From positions 119,598,001-119,662,000 of the forward strand of contig NC_091285.1 in the NCBI RefSeq assembly GCF_032444005.1: DNA of 64,000 nt. Reading direction: 5' to 3'. Positions 60,772 through 64,000 of this stretch are shown here, piece by piece. How positions within the stretch are numbered: the first letter of the stretch is position 1; each line of letters opens with the position of its first letter. This DNA is from Ranitomeya imitator. Taxonomy: Eukaryota. The notes below the pieces were generated by a model. The model saw only the letters and a program-made list of their open reading frames with translations. It did no database searches and had not been told where the DNA came from. The position numbers were made by a program, and so were the translations under genes.

Positions 60772-61485
60772 GGGTACCGTCACACAGTGGCACTTTGATC
60801 GCTAGGACGGCACGATCTGTGATGTTCCAGCGATATCCTTACGATCTCGCTGTGTCTGACATGCTACTGCGATCAGGGACCCCGCTGAGAATCGTACGTC
60901 GTAGCAGATCGTTTGAAACTTTCTTTCGTCGCTGGATCTCCCGCTGACATCGCTGAATCGGAGAGTGTGCCGATTCAGCGATGTCTTCACTGGCAACCAG
61001 TGTAAACATCGGGTTATTAAGCGCAGGGCCGCGCTTAGTAACCCGATGTTTACCCTGGTTACCAGCGTAAACGTAAAAAAACAAACACTACATACTTACA
61101 TTCCGGTGTCTGTCCCCCGGCGCTCTGCTTCTCTGCACTCCTCCTGCATCCTGTGTCAGCGCCGGCCAGACGTCACCGCTCTGCTTTCCGGCTGGCCGCT
61201 CACTGTCAGTGCAGGAAAGCACAGCGCCGGAGGACAGACACGGAATGTAAGTATGTAGTGTTTGTTTTTTCTATGTTTACGCTGGTAACCAGGGTAAACA
61301 TCGGGTTACTAAGCGCGGCCCTGCGCTTAGTAACCCGATGTTTACCCTGGTTACCAGGCGACTTCGGGATCGTTGGTCGCTGGAAAGCTGTCTGTGTGAC
61401 AGCTCTCCAGCGACCAAACAGCGACGCTGCAGCGATCGACATTGTTGTCGTATCGCTGCAGCGTCGTTTCAGTGTGACGGTACCC
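60772..61485. mobile_element. PIF/Harbinger-type MITE (family of 4123-4846, opposite orientation)
   Basis: TIR GGGTACCGTCACAC and perfect TTA TSD. Confidence 0.92.
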
Positions 61486-61933
61486 TTAGAGGGATGTTTG
61501 CAGAGCCCAGTTTTCAAAATCACTGGGGGTTAAAACGTTACCTCTTCTAGTTTGTGTTAGGAGTGTGAAACCAACGGTTAGGAAGCCTTTAGGAGAACAA
61601 AGTCAATCACACTTCCTGTTCACTATACTGGAATAGCTTTTTCGGTAACTTTGCTTTGTTGCAATAAAAGTAAAATCATTGATATCTCAATAGCAGATCT
61701 TTTTAGTTCAAGTGCTCAAATTTGTCAATTTTGGCAGGGTCAGCCAACCATCTAATATGTATTGGGGTGTCCTGACTCTCCCCTAACGGCAGATGCCAAG
61801 GGAAAGAAAGATTAGACATCTTTAATATCAACATAATAGATCCTTAGTTCTCATGGGAGAGAAACTACCTCAAAATGTTTTATCACTTATCCTGCAAAAA
61901 AGGTTATAACACCAGATTTTGAATCCGACTCAA

Positions 61934-62573
61934 AAGGAATCTGTCCGTAGGATTAACCCGTCAAAGCTGTCTATATGGACATGTAGGTCATAGGAAGCTG
62001 AATAAAGTGATACATAAAATGATACCTTGTTATCTGTGATCCAATATCTTATTCCAGAGATATCCACATTTTTCTTATATGAATATGAGATGATCAGGGC
62101 TATGGGCCAGACACTAATCTGCCTCCAGAGCCTACTGTAAATGACAGAGGGACTTACCAGTGTGATGTGTAATGGCTGGTCTCTGCTCTCCAGATCTCAC
62201 TGCAGAGCTGTGTGTGATTATACCTGACACATCTGCAAGTTCTTCTCAGCTACAGCTTCCATCTCACAGGCAGACAGGGCTGCAATATTGTTGAAATACA
62301 GCAGAGCTCTGTAAGAGCTGAATAATTATGTATTTGCAAGGAGATAAAGTTCAGTTCTACTGCACTCTGTTAGTTACATGTCCCACACTGGTAAAACTAC
62401 ACTCTTATTAAAACTAAGCTCTGGAGGCAGATTCTCAGGGAGATCAGTGTCCTCCCTATAGAGATATCCATGAAAAACATGGATTTCTCAGGAAGACATC
62501 GGATTGCAGAAATCAAGGTATTATTTTATTCTGATTCGTGCTCATATAGGAGGGTTGATCCTACGGACTCATT
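61934..62573. mobile_element. Degenerate Kolobok/T2-like MITE
   Basis: Inverted ends GTCCGTAGGATTAACCC / GGGTTGATCCTACGGAC, with TCAA and TTAA flanks. Confidence 0.55.
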
Positions 62574-62974
62574 TTAAAGTAGCCAGAGATGACAAATTTG
62601 CATAACAGATTAAATAAATCCAAAAATAAACATGAGAAGTGCATTAGAAACTAACATTCACGACAAATCACAAAGAAACTATTTTTTTACCATTACTGTC
62701 TCTTATTTATACTAGGGCTTGTAATGTTCTCTTTCTGAAGGCCAAATAATAGCAATAGCACATTTCTCCCAAACAAAACAGGAGAAAATGTAATAGAGTG
62801 ATTATTTCTACTTAAAATATGGACTTGTAAAGCAAAAAGGAAAATACATTTCCATTAAGAAGGTCATCTGCTTTATTTACACAGGCTTTCATATACTTTC
62901 TGTCAAATCGGTAGTCAGTGAGTTAGAATGGTTTCATCAAAACACCCAAGCCTTACACTATGGCTGGTCCGAAT

Positions 62975-63189
62975 AACTATAGCAATTGTTACCATCCACC
63001 TCTCGTGTCTCCCCTTTTCCTCATAGTTTGTAAGCTTACGAGCAGGGCCCTCACTCCTCTTGGTATCTGTTTTGAACTGTATTTCTGTTATGCTGTAATG
63101 TCTATTGTATGTACAAGTCCCCTCTATAATTTGTAAAGCGCTGCGGAATATGTTGGCGCTATATAAATAAAAATTATTATTATTATTAT
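62975..63189 (+). mobile_element. L2-type 3' end fragment
   Basis: TTGTAAGCTTACGAGCAGGGCC..GTAAAGCGCTGCGGAATATGTTGGCGCTATATAAATAAA followed by (ATT)n. Similar short tails occur on the minus strand at ~39163-39215 and ~48945-48995. Confidence 0.75.
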
Positions 63190-64000
63190 CAAAGTATCTA
63201 GTTGAGTCCTCGTTTCCCAGCTTTTCGCTCGTGACACAAAATGCAGATAATGTACCAGTGAGAAAGAGATTTCTTGGGTGAACTTCTGCCTAATGATGGC
63301 CTATCCCCATGTCCTTACCCCAAATTGCTGATATCTGGATATAAACAATGTATGGAATGGAACCCCACAGCATTGCCCATTGTGTACAGGCAGCTGCCAA
63401 GTACTGCATTGCATCTCCCATTCAAGTGAATGATGAAAGCGTGAAAAGCTCAAACATTCAAGGAAAACAAATTCTTCCAACAGAACGTTATCAACTCTTA
63501 ACCATTTAACAACTGGTGTGCTTATAGTACAGCATGGACCTGCCGCACACTATTATGGCACTGTGACTACATGGGCACTTACATGGTAATAAATAGCATC
63601 ATTCTGCTTTTAGGTTGACATGAGAAACCCCTGATATCCATAGTTTAACCCTTTATATGTTGTGAGGAAAGCAGATAGAGGCATATAAGGAGAAACACAA
63701 AGAAAGGTCCCATTTGATTTTATCATGATACAATCTACACATAGCCCAGGAACCATTGAGAGACCCAAGGGTTGTCTCTTTATGGCACGCTCCTACCTGT
63801 ATTTTTAGAAATAAAAGGATTTGTTCAGCCTTCTGACATGTTTTAGTAAATACAAGTATGATTCTTTTTCTCAAAATTCCTCCTCATGCCATATATCCTT
63901 AATTTAATTGAAAGCTGGACGTTAATATTGCTCTTGTTTGTCAAAGGGGTATGTCTATGTGTAGCCTGGCACTATCAGCCTTAACCGGACACTGTGAGAG

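Overview
Repeat-dense vertebrate DNA with no recognisable complete host gene. The mix of CR1, L1-type, L2, Rex/Babar, Tc1, PIF/Harbinger MITE, piggyBac-like and Penelope-like elements suggests an anuran amphibian (inference). There is a 166-N assembly gap at 30953-31118. Most long ORFs in the track are tandem-repeat artefacts or antisense frames of retroelements. Four ORFs are real: an intact DD34E Tc1 transposase (40465-41487), a 5'-truncated but stop-free Rex/Babar RT (to 44077), a frameshifted Tc1 transposase (49427-50455), and a chimeric 1279-aa frame (14082-10243, minus). Top observations: (1) a full-length, 16-bp-TSD-bounded, ORF1-only L1-derived element (HAL1-like, 8492-14206) with an ~800-aa ORF1; (2) a young CR1 inserted in that ORF1 in the same orientation and frame, fusing ORF1's N-terminal 464 aa to an intact RT; (3) a 333-bp non-coding insert with a 10-bp TSD carrying a minimal type I hammerhead ribozyme (37111-37443; Penelope-LTR or retrozyme-like); (4) a shared architecture in non-autonomous elements of different superfamilies, namely a CpG-rich core with promoter-type motifs flanked by outward-facing 5' splice-site consensus sequences; (5) a MITE carrying strand-switching TTAGGG/CCCTAA arrays. 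All coordinates were read by eye; ends not fixed by a TSD or TIR are approximate.
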